This document shows, in pieces, positions 1 through 10,158 of a DNA stretch of 64,000 nucleotides. The translations under genes and the position numbers were made by a program. Where the stretch lies: positions 166,241-230,240 of the forward strand of contig CASEKC010000001.1 of assembly GCA_949288485.1 (NCBI GenBank), given 5' to 3'. Position 1 is the stretch's first letter. Each line of letters opens with the position of its first letter. The DNA comes from an uncultured bacterium. Its GTDB lineage: Bacteria; Bacillota_I; Bacilli_A; RFN20; CAG-826. The notes under the pieces were generated by a model. That model saw only the letters and a program-made list of their open reading frames with translations. It was not told the DNA's origin and searched no databases.

Positions 1-271
1 CTAAAGATTGTAAATCTCGACTATTTACTAAATCTTCTTCAATTAAACTATCTATATCAATTAATAAAGGATTAAATCCAAATGCAGTTATAACTTGGAA
101 AGGGGAATTTGAAAAACCAACATCTTCTAAAGGTAAAATTTCCCAATAAGAAAAACCACATTCTTTAATATAATCTATAAATTTATATGCTTCTTTTCCC
201 ATTCCTCCAATACCATATTTAGATGGTAAAGAAGTAATATGCATAATAACACCGCTTTCTTTTTGTTTCAT
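1..271 (-). CDS. malQ: 4-alpha-glucanotransferase (amylomaltase), N-terminal part; gene runs off the window
   Basis: The reverse-strand translation from the ATG at 271 is MKQKESGVIMHITSLPSKYGIGGMGKEAYKFIDYIKECGFSYWEILPLEDVGFSNSPFQ... This matches the conserved MalQ N-terminus (GVLLHxTSLPS..GIGD...A..F). It is not in the ORF track because it is truncated by the window edge. Confidence 0.6.
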   Translation of the reverse strand, partial: MKQKESGVIMHITSLPSKYGIGGMGKEAYKFIDYIKECGFSYWEILPLEDVGFSNSPFQVITAFGFNPLLIDIDSLIEEDLVNSRDLQSL

Positions 272-389
272 ATTCAATAATTTTATATTAATAAGTTTAT
301 CTTTTCAAAATAATATACTTCTATATTTATAATTAAATAGTGTCAAAAAGTTATTGTTTTTTTATTCTTAAATAATAAAATATTAAGGT

Positions 390-1700
390 ATGAAAAACGA
401 ATTAAAAAATAAGATTATATATCAAGTTTTCGTAAGAAACTTTACAAAAGAAGGCACATTTAATGCCTTAAAAGAAAAATTAGATTACATTAAAAATTTA
501 GGAACTGACATCCTTTATCTTTTACCTATTTCTCCAATTGGAAAAGTTAACCGTAAAGGAAGTTTAGGTTCGCCATATTCAATAAGTGATTATATGGCAA
601 TTAACGAAGAATTAGGAAGTGAAGAAGATTTTGTTTCATTAATTAATAAAACTCATGAAATGGGTATGAAAATCATGATTGATATCGTCTTTAACCATAC
701 TTCAAGAGATTCATTTATTTATAAAAATCATAATGAATGGATGTATAAAAATGAAAAAGGAGAATGTGCAAATAAAGTTGGAGATTGGAGCGATGTTTAT
801 GATCTTGATACAGAAAACGATGAATTAATTGCATATTTAGTTAATGTTATTCGTCACTATTCTTCTTTAGGTGTTGATGGATATCGTTTTGATGTTGCAT
901 CTTTAATAAGTAAGAAATTTTATGAAGCATTAAAAGAAATGCTTCATAAAGAATATCCAGAAACTATTTTACTTGCTGAATCAATTCATACTTCTTTTAA
1001 TAATTATGTCCGTAGCATTGGTTTTAATGCTTTAAGTGATAGTGAACTTTATTCTCTTGGTTTTGATTTATGTTATATGTATAACACTATCGAAGCATTT
1101 GATAATTATATAAAAGAAAAAAATGAACGTTATTTAGATATTTATAAAGTTTTATTAAATAATGAAGAAGCTTATAATCCTTCCTCTGCTTTAAGAATTA
1201 GAGGATTAGAAAATCATGATCAACCTCGTTTAATTGAATTAAGTAAAAATAAAAGAGTAATGAAAAATTTAGCTGCTTTCCCTACTTTTATGAAAGGTCC
1301 TATGTTTATTTATAATGGACTTGAAAGTAAAGCTGATCATCAACCTACTTTATTTGATAAAGATTTAATTGATATGAGTATTGATAAAGAATGGTATGAT
1401 TTTATTATTTCATTAGTTAATTATAAAAAAGAAAAAATGAATTTAGACATTTTAACTAGCGAAGTTTTATTTACCAAAGGTGATAATCTCGCTATTAAAA
1501 ATAATTATAAAGATGGTTCTTATTCTTATGGACTTTTCTCTTTTACTTCTTCTCCTAATGGTTCATTAATTAAATATGAAAAATTAATTAATGGAGCTTA
1601 TGTTGATTATTTCACTTCTAAAGTAGTTGTTATTGAAAATAACTCAATTCGAGTTAAAGAACCTCTTTTCCTTTTTAAAAGTGAAAATATCGATAAATAA
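390..1700 (+). CDS. GH13 alpha-amylase-family glycosidase, cytoplasmic, no signal peptide
   Basis: GH13 conserved regions are present: DIVFNH (region I), GYRFDVA (region II), LLAES (region III) and LENHD (region IV). It lies divergent from malQ. Confidence 0.8.
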   Translation: MKNELKNKIIYQVFVRNFTKEGTFNALKEKLDYIKNLGTDILYLLPISPIGKVNRKGSLGSPYSISDYMAINEELGSEEDFVSLINKTHEMGMKIMIDIVFNHTSRDSFIYKNHNEWMYKNEKGECANKVGDWSDVYDLDTENDELIAYLVNVIRHYSSLGVDGYRFDVASLISKKFYEALKEMLHKEYPETILLAESIHTSFNNYVRSIGFNALSDSELYSLGFDLCYMYNTIEAFDNYIKEKNERYLDIYKVLLNNEEAYNPSSALRIRGLENHDQPRLIELSKNKRVMKNLAAFPTFMKGPMFIYNGLESKADHQPTLFDKDLIDMSIDKEWYDFIISLVNYKKEKMNLDILTSEVLFTKGDNLAIKNNYKDGSYSYGLFSFTSSPNGSLIKYEKLINGAYVDYFTSKVVVIENNSIRVKEPLFLFKSENIDK

Positions 1701-1731
1701 TATTTTATGAAAATAAGGAAATTAGATAATT

Positions 1732-2166
1732 ATGTCTTTAAGAGCTTATCGAGTTATTTGTTTAATTTTATCGATTATTCAAATACCTCTTCATTCATTA
1801 TTACTTTATTTAAATTTAACAAATCCAGAAACTGACTCATTAATTGTTTTAGCTTCGACACTCGTTTGTTTACTTCTTTCAATTATTGAAACAATTGTTT
1901 CAATAAAAACTATTAAAAATGATAATAGTGCTTTATTTAATTTAGCTTTTGAAAGAGATGGAAGCATCAATAAATTTGCCCTTATTGTTTCAATAATTTT
2001 AGGATTTGGTGGATTAGCTTTAATAATTTCTGGAATGTATTTTTTACTTGTTTCTAATTATTTATTAGGAGTTTGCTTTACTTCTATTGGTATATTTGTT
2101 CTTATTAACATAATTATTTATCTTACATATATTATTGTTGTTATTAGGAATAGATATATTAGATAA
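1732..2166 (+). CDS. small polytopic membrane protein, unknown function
   Basis: 144 aa that are almost entirely hydrophobic, with 4 predicted TM segments. A bidirectional terminator follows. Confidence 0.4.
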   Translation: MSLRAYRVICLILSIIQIPLHSLLLYLNLTNPETDSLIVLASTLVCLLLSIIETIVSIKTIKNDNSALFNLAFERDGSINKFALIVSIILGFGGLALIISGMYFLLVSNYLLGVCFTSIGIFVLINIIIYLTYIIVVIRNRYIR

Positions 2167-2184
2167 ATTTATAATTAATCAATC

Positions 2185-2217
2185 AAAAAAGAACCTCGTT
2201 GTTGAGGTTCTTTTTTT
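2185..2217. terminator. bidirectional rho-independent terminator
   Basis: aaaaaaGAACCTCgttgttGAGGTTCttttttt. The stem is flanked by an A-run and a T-run, between convergent genes. Confidence 0.6.
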
Positions 2218-2236
2218 AATAATTAATTAAATTTAA

Positions 2237-3400
2237 TTAAAAATCAGTATCATTTAGGAATTCAGGAATAATTGAATCCTCTTCTTCTTTTTCTTTATTG
2301 GCGGCTTCTTCTTTATTTCTTTCATCGGCTTTAAGTTTAGATTGTTCGACACTCTTTTCAAAAAGCATTTGTTGTTGTCTTTCTTTTTCTTCTTTTAATG
2401 CTGATAAATCAAGTTTAGTACCTGGATTAACTGAGAAATCAAATTCAGTATTGAAATCACCAGCAATAATTGAAACCATAATTTGATCATCGAGTTGATC
2501 ATTAACACTAATTCCAAATTTTAAATCAAGATTACCACCACAACTATAAACCATATGATCAACACATGTTTGGCAATCTAAAAGTGAAACACGAGGTCCA
2601 CAAGTAATATGACATAAAGCTTTTTGAGCTCCATCAATTGATTGTTCAATTAAAGGACAAGATAAAGCATTTTCTGCAGCTTCAATTGCATTATTAGCAC
2701 CTTGACCACTACCAAAACCAATTAAAGCAACACCACTATCTTTTAAAGTGGCTTTAACATCAGCAAAATCAAGATTAATAAATGAAGGCATTAAAATTAA
2801 ATCAGTAACTGTTTTAACAGATTTTGCTAAAACATCATCAGCAAGTGAAAAAGCTTCGCCAACTGGAAGATTTCCACTACTCATTAATAATTTATCGTTA
2901 GAAACAACAATTAATGAATCACAATTTTCTCTTAATTCATTTAATCCTTGAACACTAGCTTCAACCTTTTTTCTTCCTTCAAAAGTAAATGGACGAGTGA
3001 CAATTGCAACAGTTAAAGCACCTTCTTCTTTAGCTATTCTAGAAATTACAGGTGCAGCTCCAGTTCCAGTTCCTCCACCCATTCCAGCAGCAATAAAAAC
3101 CATGTTGGCTCCTCTAACTATTTCGCGAATATCTTCGCTAGAAGCTTCAGCAGCTTCTCTTCCTGCCATTGGATCTCCTCCAACACCAAGTCCACCAGTG
3201 ACATTTTCACCTAAAATAATTCTATTAGGAGCTTTTGATAAAGATAAAGCTTGTTTATCGGTATTTGCGACATAAAACTCAACATTTCTAATGTCTTCAT
3301 CAATCATTCTATTAACAGAGTTATTTCCAGCTCCGCCAACCCCAATAACAATAATTCTTGCTACTGGTTCAAAACCATCTAATTCATGTGTATCCATCAT
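2237..3400 (-). CDS. ftsZ: cell division GTPase FtsZ
   Basis: Tubulin signature GGGTGTG and N-terminal IVIGVGGAGNN are present. A disordered C-terminal linker is followed by a conserved C-terminal peptide. Confidence 0.95.
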   Translation of the reverse strand: MMDTHELDGFEPVARIIVIGVGGAGNNSVNRMIDEDIRNVEFYVANTDKQALSLSKAPNRIILGENVTGGLGVGGDPMAGREAAEASSEDIREIVRGANMVFIAAGMGGGTGTGAAPVISRIAKEEGALTVAIVTRPFTFEGRKKVEASVQGLNELRENCDSLIVVSNDKLLMSSGNLPVGEAFSLADDVLAKSVKTVTDLILMPSFINLDFADVKATLKDSGVALIGFGSGQGANNAIEAAENALSCPLIEQSIDGAQKALCHITCGPRVSLLDCQTCVDHMVYSCGGNLDLKFGISVNDQLDDQIMVSIIAGDFNTEFDFSVNPGTKLDLSALKEEKERQQQMLFEKSVEQSKLKADERNKEEAANKEKEEEDSIIPEFLNDTDF

Positions 3401-3443
3401 AGTTTTATCCTCGCTTTATCTTTATTTTTTTATCAAAATATTT

Positions 3444-4676
3444 TTATAAATCATCTTCATCTTCTCGATATTCTTCAACCTTTCTTTCAATAGGTTTTAT
3501 ATCGATTTTGGTTTCATCTTCTAAAGAACCTTTATAAACAGAAGTAAAGGCAATTGCTCCAAGAAGATTAATATCACCTGGTTCAAGAGCACCAATTGAA
3601 TCATTAGTAAAGAATTTTATTGGATTTGAAGAATGCAAACGATTAACAAATTCTTTAAATCCATTAAGTAAAGTTCCATTGCCAATAAAAACTAAAGGAA
3701 TATCTTCTTTTAAATTTCCATAGTCTTTAAGTAAATAATTAATTGAATTGGTAAATAATTTATCCCAATTATTTAAACATTCATCAACAACTTGAACAAG
3801 TTCATTTTTGTTATATTTTCTTTTAATTCCATCATCACCTAAAACTGATAAAATTGGAGCATTAAATTTAGTTTCTCTTAAATCATGCCCATAAATTATC
3901 TTTAATTCTTCAGCTTTATCCATCGAAATTTCAAAAGAATTAGCAATAGCGTTAGTTATATCATTTCCACCATTAGGGAAAGATGTCGAATCATAAAGTC
4001 TTCCATTACCAAAGAATGATACAGTTGTATTATCTTTGTTATAATCAACAAGTAAATATTTATCAAATGAAGATTTATTAATTTCTAAAAGAGAATTAAC
4101 TCCTAAAGGAGCAACGACGACTCTTTTAATTAAAATTCCGGCATCAGTGATTGCTTTTTTAAAATTTTCAACCATTACTTTAGGAAGTGTAAAAATATGA
4201 GCACTTACTAAAAGAGAATTTGAAAAATATCCTAAAGGTGGATCTTTATAAACTCGATTTCCTTCTAAAGAAAAAACATAAGGAATAATATCAACGATTT
4301 CATCATTTGGTTCATTAGTTCTTGCTTTTTTAATCATACTTAAAGCATTAGCAATATCGATTTTAGCAATTCTTCCATCACTAGAAATTGTATTAGTTGT
4401 TTTTTCATTAGAAAAAACTTTAAGACCAAAAGGAGGAAGAATTAATACTACTTCATTAATATCAACTCTTAATCTCTTTTTAGGATCTGAAATAACTTTT
4501 ATTTGTTTTAAATCTTCACTTAAAGAAGTTAAATCAAAAATGTCTCCATCTTTATTAGAGACTCTTAAAGGATATGTTCTTTTATAAAGAACATTAATTT
4601 TATTATCATATAAATAACCGATTAATAATTTAAAAGACGTATTTTTAATTTCTACGGCTGCAACTGTTATATCCAT
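3444..4676 (-). CDS. ftsA: cell division protein FtsA (start moved to MDITVAAVEI)
   Basis: Actin/Hsp70-fold FtsA sequence lies immediately upstream of ftsZ. The ORF-track start at 4715 adds 13 residues, and the internal ATG at 4676 aligns with the usual FtsA N-terminus. Confidence 0.85.
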   Translation of the reverse strand: MDITVAAVEIKNTSFKLLIGYLYDNKINVLYKRTYPLRVSNKDGDIFDLTSLSEDLKQIKVISDPKKRLRVDINEVVLILPPFGLKVFSNEKTTNTISSDGRIAKIDIANALSMIKKARTNEPNDEIVDIIPYVFSLEGNRVYKDPPLGYFSNSLLVSAHIFTLPKVMVENFKKAITDAGILIKRVVVAPLGVNSLLEINKSSFDKYLLVDYNKDNTTVSFFGNGRLYDSTSFPNGGNDITNAIANSFEISMDKAEELKIIYGHDLRETKFNAPILSVLGDDGIKRKYNKNELVQVVDECLNNWDKLFTNSINYLLKDYGNLKEDIPLVFIGNGTLLNGFKEFVNRLHSSNPIKFFTNDSIGALEPGDINLLGAIAFTSVYKGSLEDETKIDIKPIERKVEEYREDEDDL

Positions 4677-4771
4677 ACTATTAATAATTTTAATATGAAA
4701 ATATATAAAATACAATTAATAATATATATATTATTAATCAAAAATCACCTTAATTTTTACTTAAAAATAAA

Positions 4772-4810
4772 AAGCCAGATACTAATGAGAAATAAGTAGC
4801 TGGCTTTTTA
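4772..4810. terminator. hairpin terminator between the ftsL-like gene and ftsA
   Basis: aaaaAGCCAGatactaatgagaaataagtagCTGGCTttttt. Confidence 0.5.
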
Positions 4811-4862
4811 AAAAGGAAGAAATTATATGTGCAATAAGAATTATTTCGTCTTTAAAAGAGAA

Positions 4863-5090
4863 TTAAAATCTTTCTAAAGAATCTACTTCTTGATTATAAG
4901 ATTCTAAAGCGACTTCTCTTGATTCATTTCTTTCAATTTGTGGAAGAGAAACGATTGCTCTAACAATTGAAACTGGGATAGCAAAAAGAACAAATGCTCC
5001 TACAAAAGCACCACTGAAAATGCCAATCTTTTTTAAATAATAATAAATTTTTGAATGATTATTTCTATAAATTTTGTCTTTCATTTGCAT
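4863..5090 (-). CDS. ftsL: FtsL-like small bitopic division protein
   Basis: 75 aa with a single TM (FSGAFVGAFVLFAIPVSIV). It occupies the ftsL position directly after rsmH. Confidence 0.4.
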   Translation of the reverse strand: MQMKDKIYRNNHSKIYYYLKKIGIFSGAFVGAFVLFAIPVSIVRAIVSLPQIERNESREVALESYNQEVDSLERF

Positions 5091-5117
5091 AAATTGCTAT
5101 CTCCTTTTAAATAAAAC

Positions 5118-6056
5118 TTATAATTTTTTTAATATCCTTAATTTAGCGCTTTTACTTCTTCTATTTTCATTTATCTCTTCATTAGAAGGAGTAATTACTT
5201 TTTTATTAACTAATTCAAATTGAGCTTTTTTTATTTCATTAGGTAATAAATAATCATTTTTTCGATCGCCTTTAATAAATGAAACTTCTTTAAATTCATT
5301 TTTAACAATTCGATCTTCTAAAGAATGAAATGTAATAACGACAATTCGTCCATCTTTGTTTAATAAATTTAATGAATCATTTAAAGCAATTTTTAATACT
5401 CCAAGTTCATCATTTACTTCAATTCTTAATGCTTGAAATATTTTTTTAGCCGGATGCTTATCTTTAAACAATTCTTTTTTTGGTAAAGATTTTTTAATTA
5501 AATCAACTAATTCAAATGTTGTTTCAATTTCTTTTTCTTCTCTTGCTTTAATAATATTTTTAGCAATTGAATAAGAATATTTTTCTTCACCGTATTCTTT
5601 AAAAACTTTAACTAATTTTTCTAAAGGATAGGTATTAACAATTTTTTTAGCTGTCAAATTATTTTCTTGATTCATCCTCATATCAAGTGGAGCGTCATAT
5701 CGATATGAGAAACCACGATAATCTTCATCAAACTGTGGAGAGGAAACACCTAAATCGAATAAAATTCCATCTACTTTTGTAACTCCTCTTTTATTTAATT
5801 CTTCTTTTATATTTTTAAAATTAGAATAAATAATTTCGAAGTTATTTGAGATTGAAGCTAATTTTTCTTTGGAATATTCAATTGCTTCCTGATCTTGATC
5901 GAAACAATATAATTTACCATTTTTTAATTTTTTTAAGATTTCAGAACTATGTCCAGCTCTTCCTAGTGTCGCATCAACATAAATTCCATCTTCTCTAATA
6001 TTTAATCCTTCAATGGCTTCTTTTAGAAGGACACTCTTATGTTCGTTACTCTTCAT
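5118..6056 (-). CDS. rsmH: 16S rRNA (cytosine1402-N4)-methyltransferase RsmH/MraW
   Basis: Conserved YVDATLGRAGHS, FDLGVSS and VITFHSLEDRIVK motifs are present. It sits at the mraZ-rsmH position of the dcw cluster. Confidence 0.9.
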   Translation of the reverse strand: MKSNEHKSVLLKEAIEGLNIREDGIYVDATLGRAGHSSEILKKLKNGKLYCFDQDQEAIEYSKEKLASISNNFEIIYSNFKNIKEELNKRGVTKVDGILFDLGVSSPQFDEDYRGFSYRYDAPLDMRMNQENNLTAKKIVNTYPLEKLVKVFKEYGEEKYSYSIAKNIIKAREEKEIETTFELVDLIKKSLPKKELFKDKHPAKKIFQALRIEVNDELGVLKIALNDSLNLLNKDGRIVVITFHSLEDRIVKNEFKEVSFIKGDRKNDYLLPNEIKKAQFELVNKKVITPSNEEINENRRSKSAKLRILKKL

Positions 6057-6501
6057 TGCTAAATATCTTTTCAGCGTTTATTTCAAATTCATCATCGTTT
6101 GAAGATTCTTGATCATTCCATTTATTGAAATCCCAAATTTCGAAATGATCAATTGCTCCAAGGATATGAACTTTGCTTTCGATTCCAAATTTTTCTAATA
6201 CTTTAGAAGGAATAAGAATTCTTCCTTGATTATCTAAAGTAAGTTGAACAACTGAATCGAGGAAACTTCTAAGAGCTTTACGAACTTCGCTTTTTTCGTA
6301 GGATTTAGCTTGGTATTTAAGAACAACTTTTTGAAAGTCTTCTTCTTTGTAAATAGATAAGCAGCCATCAAAACCACGAGTAAGATAAACGTTTAAATCG
6401 TTTCCAATTTCTCCTCTGAATTTTGAAGGAATTACTAATCTCCCTTTGCTATCGAGATTGTAATCATAGCTTCCTATAAACATTCTCCCAAATTCCTCCA
6501 C
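6046..6501 (-). CDS. mraZ: division/cell wall cluster transcriptional regulator MraZ
   Basis: The duplicated MraZ fold is present: DxxxR motifs (LDSKGRLVIPSKFR and LDNQGRILIPSKVL). It is the first gene of the cluster. Confidence 0.9.
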   Translation of the reverse strand: MEEFGRMFIGSYDYNLDSKGRLVIPSKFRGEIGNDLNVYLTRGFDGCLSIYKEEDFQKVVLKYQAKSYEKSEVRKALRSFLDSVVQLTLDNQGRILIPSKVLEKFGIESKVHILGAIDHFEIWDFNKWNDQESSNDDEFEINAEKIFSNEE

Positions 6502-6766
6502 TTTCTACCACATGTCATTATTTTATACCACAATATTATTTTATACAAGAAAAATATGCAAATTTTTTTAATAATTTTTTTAACTGATTTTTAAAAGTTT
6601 AATTTTTAATTTATATTATAAATTAAAAATTAATTTTTTAAAAAAATATATAAAAATAATCTTTTTTTATTTAATGTGGGAGACTGTCCCTAAATATAAT
6701 TTGTAATATTTTTTAAAAAAATTGTTATTATATAAATAACAAATTTTATGTATAGGAGGAAAAATT

Positions 6767-7201
6767 GTGGTTTGTAAAAAATGTGGGCAAGAATATGACG
6801 ATAATATGAATTTTTGTCCAAATTGTGGATTTAAAAAGGATGGCGAATTAAAAGAAAAGAAAAATATCGATTATAAAAAGTTAGTAAATTTATTAAATAT
6901 CGTATTTTTTGGATTTGCTATGTTATTTACTTTTGTATGGTTGATGGTTTATTCAAATCAATCATCTATAACTACTTTTTTAGCACTTACTTCACTTGGT
7001 GGTATATTTTCAACATTCTATTTAGTAACACAAAGCTTATCTTTTCTTTTCGCTTTCACTAATAAGGAGAAAAAACTAGAATTAAAAGATTTAATAATCT
7101 TTATAATGTTATTAGTTGTTGCATTAGTATTATTTATTACTAACTGGGTATATTTATCTATCTTTGCAAAATATAATTCTATATTTGGTAGTTTCTATTA
7201 A
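6767..7201 (+). CDS. zinc-ribbon domain membrane protein
   Basis: The N-terminus has a CxxC...CxxC motif (MVCKKCGQEYDDNMNFCPNCG) followed by 3 TM helices. Confidence 0.5.
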   Translation: MVCKKCGQEYDDNMNFCPNCGFKKDGELKEKKNIDYKKLVNLLNIVFFGFAMLFTFVWLMVYSNQSSITTFLALTSLGGIFSTFYLVTQSLSFLFAFTNKEKKLELKDLIIFIMLLVVALVLFITNWVYLSIFAKYNSIFGSFY

Positions 7202-7212
7202 AATTTAAACAT

Positions 7213-7255
7213 AAAAAAATCGGAATCTAGATAATTGAGATTCCGATTTTTATTT
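7213..7255. terminator. bidirectional terminator
   Basis: aaaaaaATCGGAATCTagataattgAGATTCCGATtttt, between convergent genes. Confidence 0.6.
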
Positions 7256-7747
7256 TTATAAATCAATATCTTTTAATACATCAAATGGTGATTCTTTTTC
7301 TTTATTTAATTCATCATTAAGTTCATCTTCACTATAAACTTTAAAATCATCTCCACTAGGAAGAGTTTCATCATCTCCATGAATATTTAAAGGAATTGAT
7401 GTTAATAATAATGAATATACGATTTCATCTAATGAAATAATTTCTTTAGTATAAAAAACTTCTTCTGATTCATTATTTTGATCGTTAGTAAAATATAAAG
7501 TATCGACTACATCGATATTTTTATTAATATTTTTTAAAGAATAAGCACTAATCGCATCAACATTAAAGATTAAATCAAAATCAATGATTAATATATCATT
7601 AACTTTTGAAAAAGTAATTTCACCACTTACATTATTAATTTTCGAAATAATTGAAGAATGATTTAATTCATTAAGTGTTTCAATTAAAGGGGAATAAGAG
7701 ATAGTTTCTTTACTCCCTTCTTTAAAAGAAGAAAAATTAATATTCAT
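7256..7747 (-). CDS. acidic small protein, possibly YceD/DUF177-like
   Basis: 163 aa, highly acidic, downstream of pheT. The size and composition resemble DUF177 proteins, but no diagnostic Cys motif was seen, so the call is weak. Confidence 0.3.
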   Translation of the reverse strand: MNINFSSFKEGSKETISYSPLIETLNELNHSSIISKINNVSGEITFSKVNDILIIDFDLIFNVDAISAYSLKNINKNIDVVDTLYFTNDQNNESEEVFYTKEIISLDEIVYSLLLTSIPLNIHGDDETLPSGDDFKVYSEDELNDELNKEKESPFDVLKDIDL

Positions 7748-7755
7748 AAATAGTT

Positions 7756-10152
7756 TTAACCTCTAAATTCAGCTTTAAATTTTGTAATTAAAATTTCTTT
7801 TATTTTATTATCTAAAGCGTTTATTTCATCTTCTTTTAATGTTGAATCCATTTTTTCTAAAGTAATACTTAATGCGAGTGAAACATGATTTTCTTTAATA
7901 TTTTCACCCTTATAAATATCAAATAAAGCAATGTCTTTAATTAAAGAAGATGCTTTTTTAATTTCATTTTTAATTGATAAATATGAATAATCTTCACTAA
8001 CTATAAAAGCATAATCTCTTTTTACTTTAGGAAATTTAGAAATTTCAAAGAATTTATTATTAGCACTACGTGTATTAAATAATAAAGATAAATTCATTTC
8101 TAAAATTTCACAAGCTTCTTTTTTAAGTGAGAATTCATTACGTTTTAAAGAATGAATATCACCTAAAACAGCTAAAACTTTACCATCTAAAATAACTTCT
8201 GCACTTCTGTTTGGATGGAATTCATCATTGTTATTTTTAATAATATTCCGTTTTATACGATTATTATCGATATTAAATAAAGCTAAAATTCCTTCTAAAT
8301 AACCTTTTAAATCATAAAAAGAATAGGAAGAAGAAATTATTCCATCTTGAACATGTTTATTTCCAAGAAGACCCATTGAAAGATGAATTTCTTCTTTGTC
8401 ACCTTTTGAATAAACATTAGAAATTTCAAAAACTTTAAAATCAGTTTCTTTATGATTGATGTTATATTCAATAGTTCTTAAAAGTGAAGTTAAAATATTT
8501 TTTCTAATAAATTTATGGTCTTCAGTTAATGGATTAGAAATAACAATTCCTTCATTTTTATTGATGAAATTAAACATATTATTGTCTTTTTCATTAATTA
8601 ATGTATAAGTTAAAATTTCATTAAATCCATTATTTAAAAGATAAGATTCAATATTTCTCTCTTTTTCTCTTAAAGTTGAAACACTTCCAACTGTAGTTTC
8701 CATAACAGGAAGTTCATTTGAAATATAATCAAATCCTTTATATCTAATAATTTCTTCACTTAAATCAGCTTTTCCTTCAACATCAATTCGATAAGAAGGG
8801 ACGGTTGCTTTAAAGTTATCATTATCAATATTTTCTATTTCAAAATTTAAAAGAGTTAAAACTTCTTTTACTTCTTCAAAATTGAAATTAGAACCTAAAC
8901 GTTTATTAATGTAAGTTAAAGAACAATCGATAACCTTTTTATCGTGAGATAAAGTATCATATCTAATTACATTTGAAACTTCTTCAAAATTAGAAACTTC
9001 TTTTAATAAATGGATGAATAAATTTAAAACTTCTTCACTTTGATCTTTATTAATACCTTTAGAGAATCTTAAAGAAGAATCACTTGATAATCCTAATCTA
9101 TTTGATGTTTTTCTAATTGAAGCAAAATTAAAATTTGCTACTTCGATAACAATATTTTTACTAGTAGAAGAAATTTCACTATTTTCTCCACCCATAATTC
9201 CACCTAAACACATAGTTTTATTATCACTAGTTACACATAAATCTTTTTCTTCGATTTTATATGTTTTTTCATCTAAAGCGGTGAAATCTTCACTAATATT
9301 ATCTTTAACAATTAACTCTTTTTTAGGTAATTTATCTAAATCATAACAATGAATTGGTTGACCAGTTAAAAGCATGACATAATTACCTAAATCAACGACG
9401 TTATCAATACTTCTAATTCCTTCACTTTGTAAAACTTCTTTTAACCATTTTGGAGATTCTTTAATTTCGATTCCTTTAACAATCTTTGCATAAAAAGATT
9501 TACATGCTTCTGTTTCAGAAGAAATTTTAAAATTATTTTCTTCATAGGTATGAAATTCTTCAAAAGTAGGAATTGTAACTTTTCTATTAAATAATGCTCC
9601 TATTTCTCTTGCGACATTATAAAGAGCATAACAATCACTTCTATTAGCTAAAAGTGATAAATCTAAAATAGTATCATCAAGTTCTAAATATGATAAAACG
9701 TCTTTATTTCCAATTGGTGCATCAAGAGGAAGTTCTTCAATACCTTCAAGTTGTTCTTTCTTTAAATATTTAGGATCAACACCTAATTCGTTTAAAGCAC
9801 AAAGCATACCATTAGATTCACAACCTCTAATCATACCTTTATTGATAGTTTTTCCAGCTAAGATAGCTCCAGGAAGAGCGACAATAACTTTTAAACCTTT
9901 TCTTACATTTGGAGCACCGCAAACAATATCTAAAATATCGCTTCCAACATCAACTTTACAAACGTGTAAATGGTCGCTATCTGGATGATTTTTGCAATCA
10001 ATTACTTCACCAATAACTAAATTTGTAGCATCAGCACTTTTTTTAATTTCTTCAACTTCAATTCCAGAAAAAGTTAATCTTGAGGCAATTTCTTCAGGAG
10101 TTAAGGAAGAAATATCAACATATTTAGAAATTTCTTTTAAACTTACTAACAT
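7756..10152 (-). CDS. pheT: phenylalanine--tRNA ligase beta subunit
   Basis: 798 aa with a tRNA-binding domain at the N-terminus and B3/4 and B5 domains. It is adjacent to pheS. Confidence 0.95.
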   Translation of the reverse strand: MLVSLKEISKYVDISSLTPEEIASRLTFSGIEVEEIKKSADATNLVIGEVIDCKNHPDSDHLHVCKVDVGSDILDIVCGAPNVRKGLKVIVALPGAILAGKTINKGMIRGCESNGMLCALNELGVDPKYLKKEQLEGIEELPLDAPIGNKDVLSYLELDDTILDLSLLANRSDCYALYNVAREIGALFNRKVTIPTFEEFHTYEENNFKISSETEACKSFYAKIVKGIEIKESPKWLKEVLQSEGIRSIDNVVDLGNYVMLLTGQPIHCYDLDKLPKKELIVKDNISEDFTALDEKTYKIEEKDLCVTSDNKTMCLGGIMGGENSEISSTSKNIVIEVANFNFASIRKTSNRLGLSSDSSLRFSKGINKDQSEEVLNLFIHLLKEVSNFEEVSNVIRYDTLSHDKKVIDCSLTYINKRLGSNFNFEEVKEVLTLLNFEIENIDNDNFKATVPSYRIDVEGKADLSEEIIRYKGFDYISNELPVMETTVGSVSTLREKERNIESYLLNNGFNEILTYTLINEKDNNMFNFINKNEGIVISNPLTEDHKFIRKNILTSLLRTIEYNINHKETDFKVFEISNVYSKGDKEEIHLSMGLLGNKHVQDGIISSSYSFYDLKGYLEGILALFNIDNNRIKRNIIKNNNDEFHPNRSAEVILDGKVLAVLGDIHSLKRNEFSLKKEACEILEMNLSLLFNTRSANNKFFEISKFPKVKRDYAFIVSEDYSYLSIKNEIKKASSLIKDIALFDIYKGENIKENHVSLALSITLEKMDSTLKEDEINALDNKIKEILITKFKAEFRG

Positions 10153-10158
10153 AAATAA

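Noticed and set aside
2298-3275. Three ORFs of 62-92 aa on the + strand inside ftsZ (2298-2486, 2748-2951, 2997-3275)
   Set aside because: They lie fully antisense to a highly conserved ftsZ coding sequence and have low-complexity Ala/Ser/Pro-rich translations that mirror Gly-rich FtsZ codons. They are antisense artefacts.
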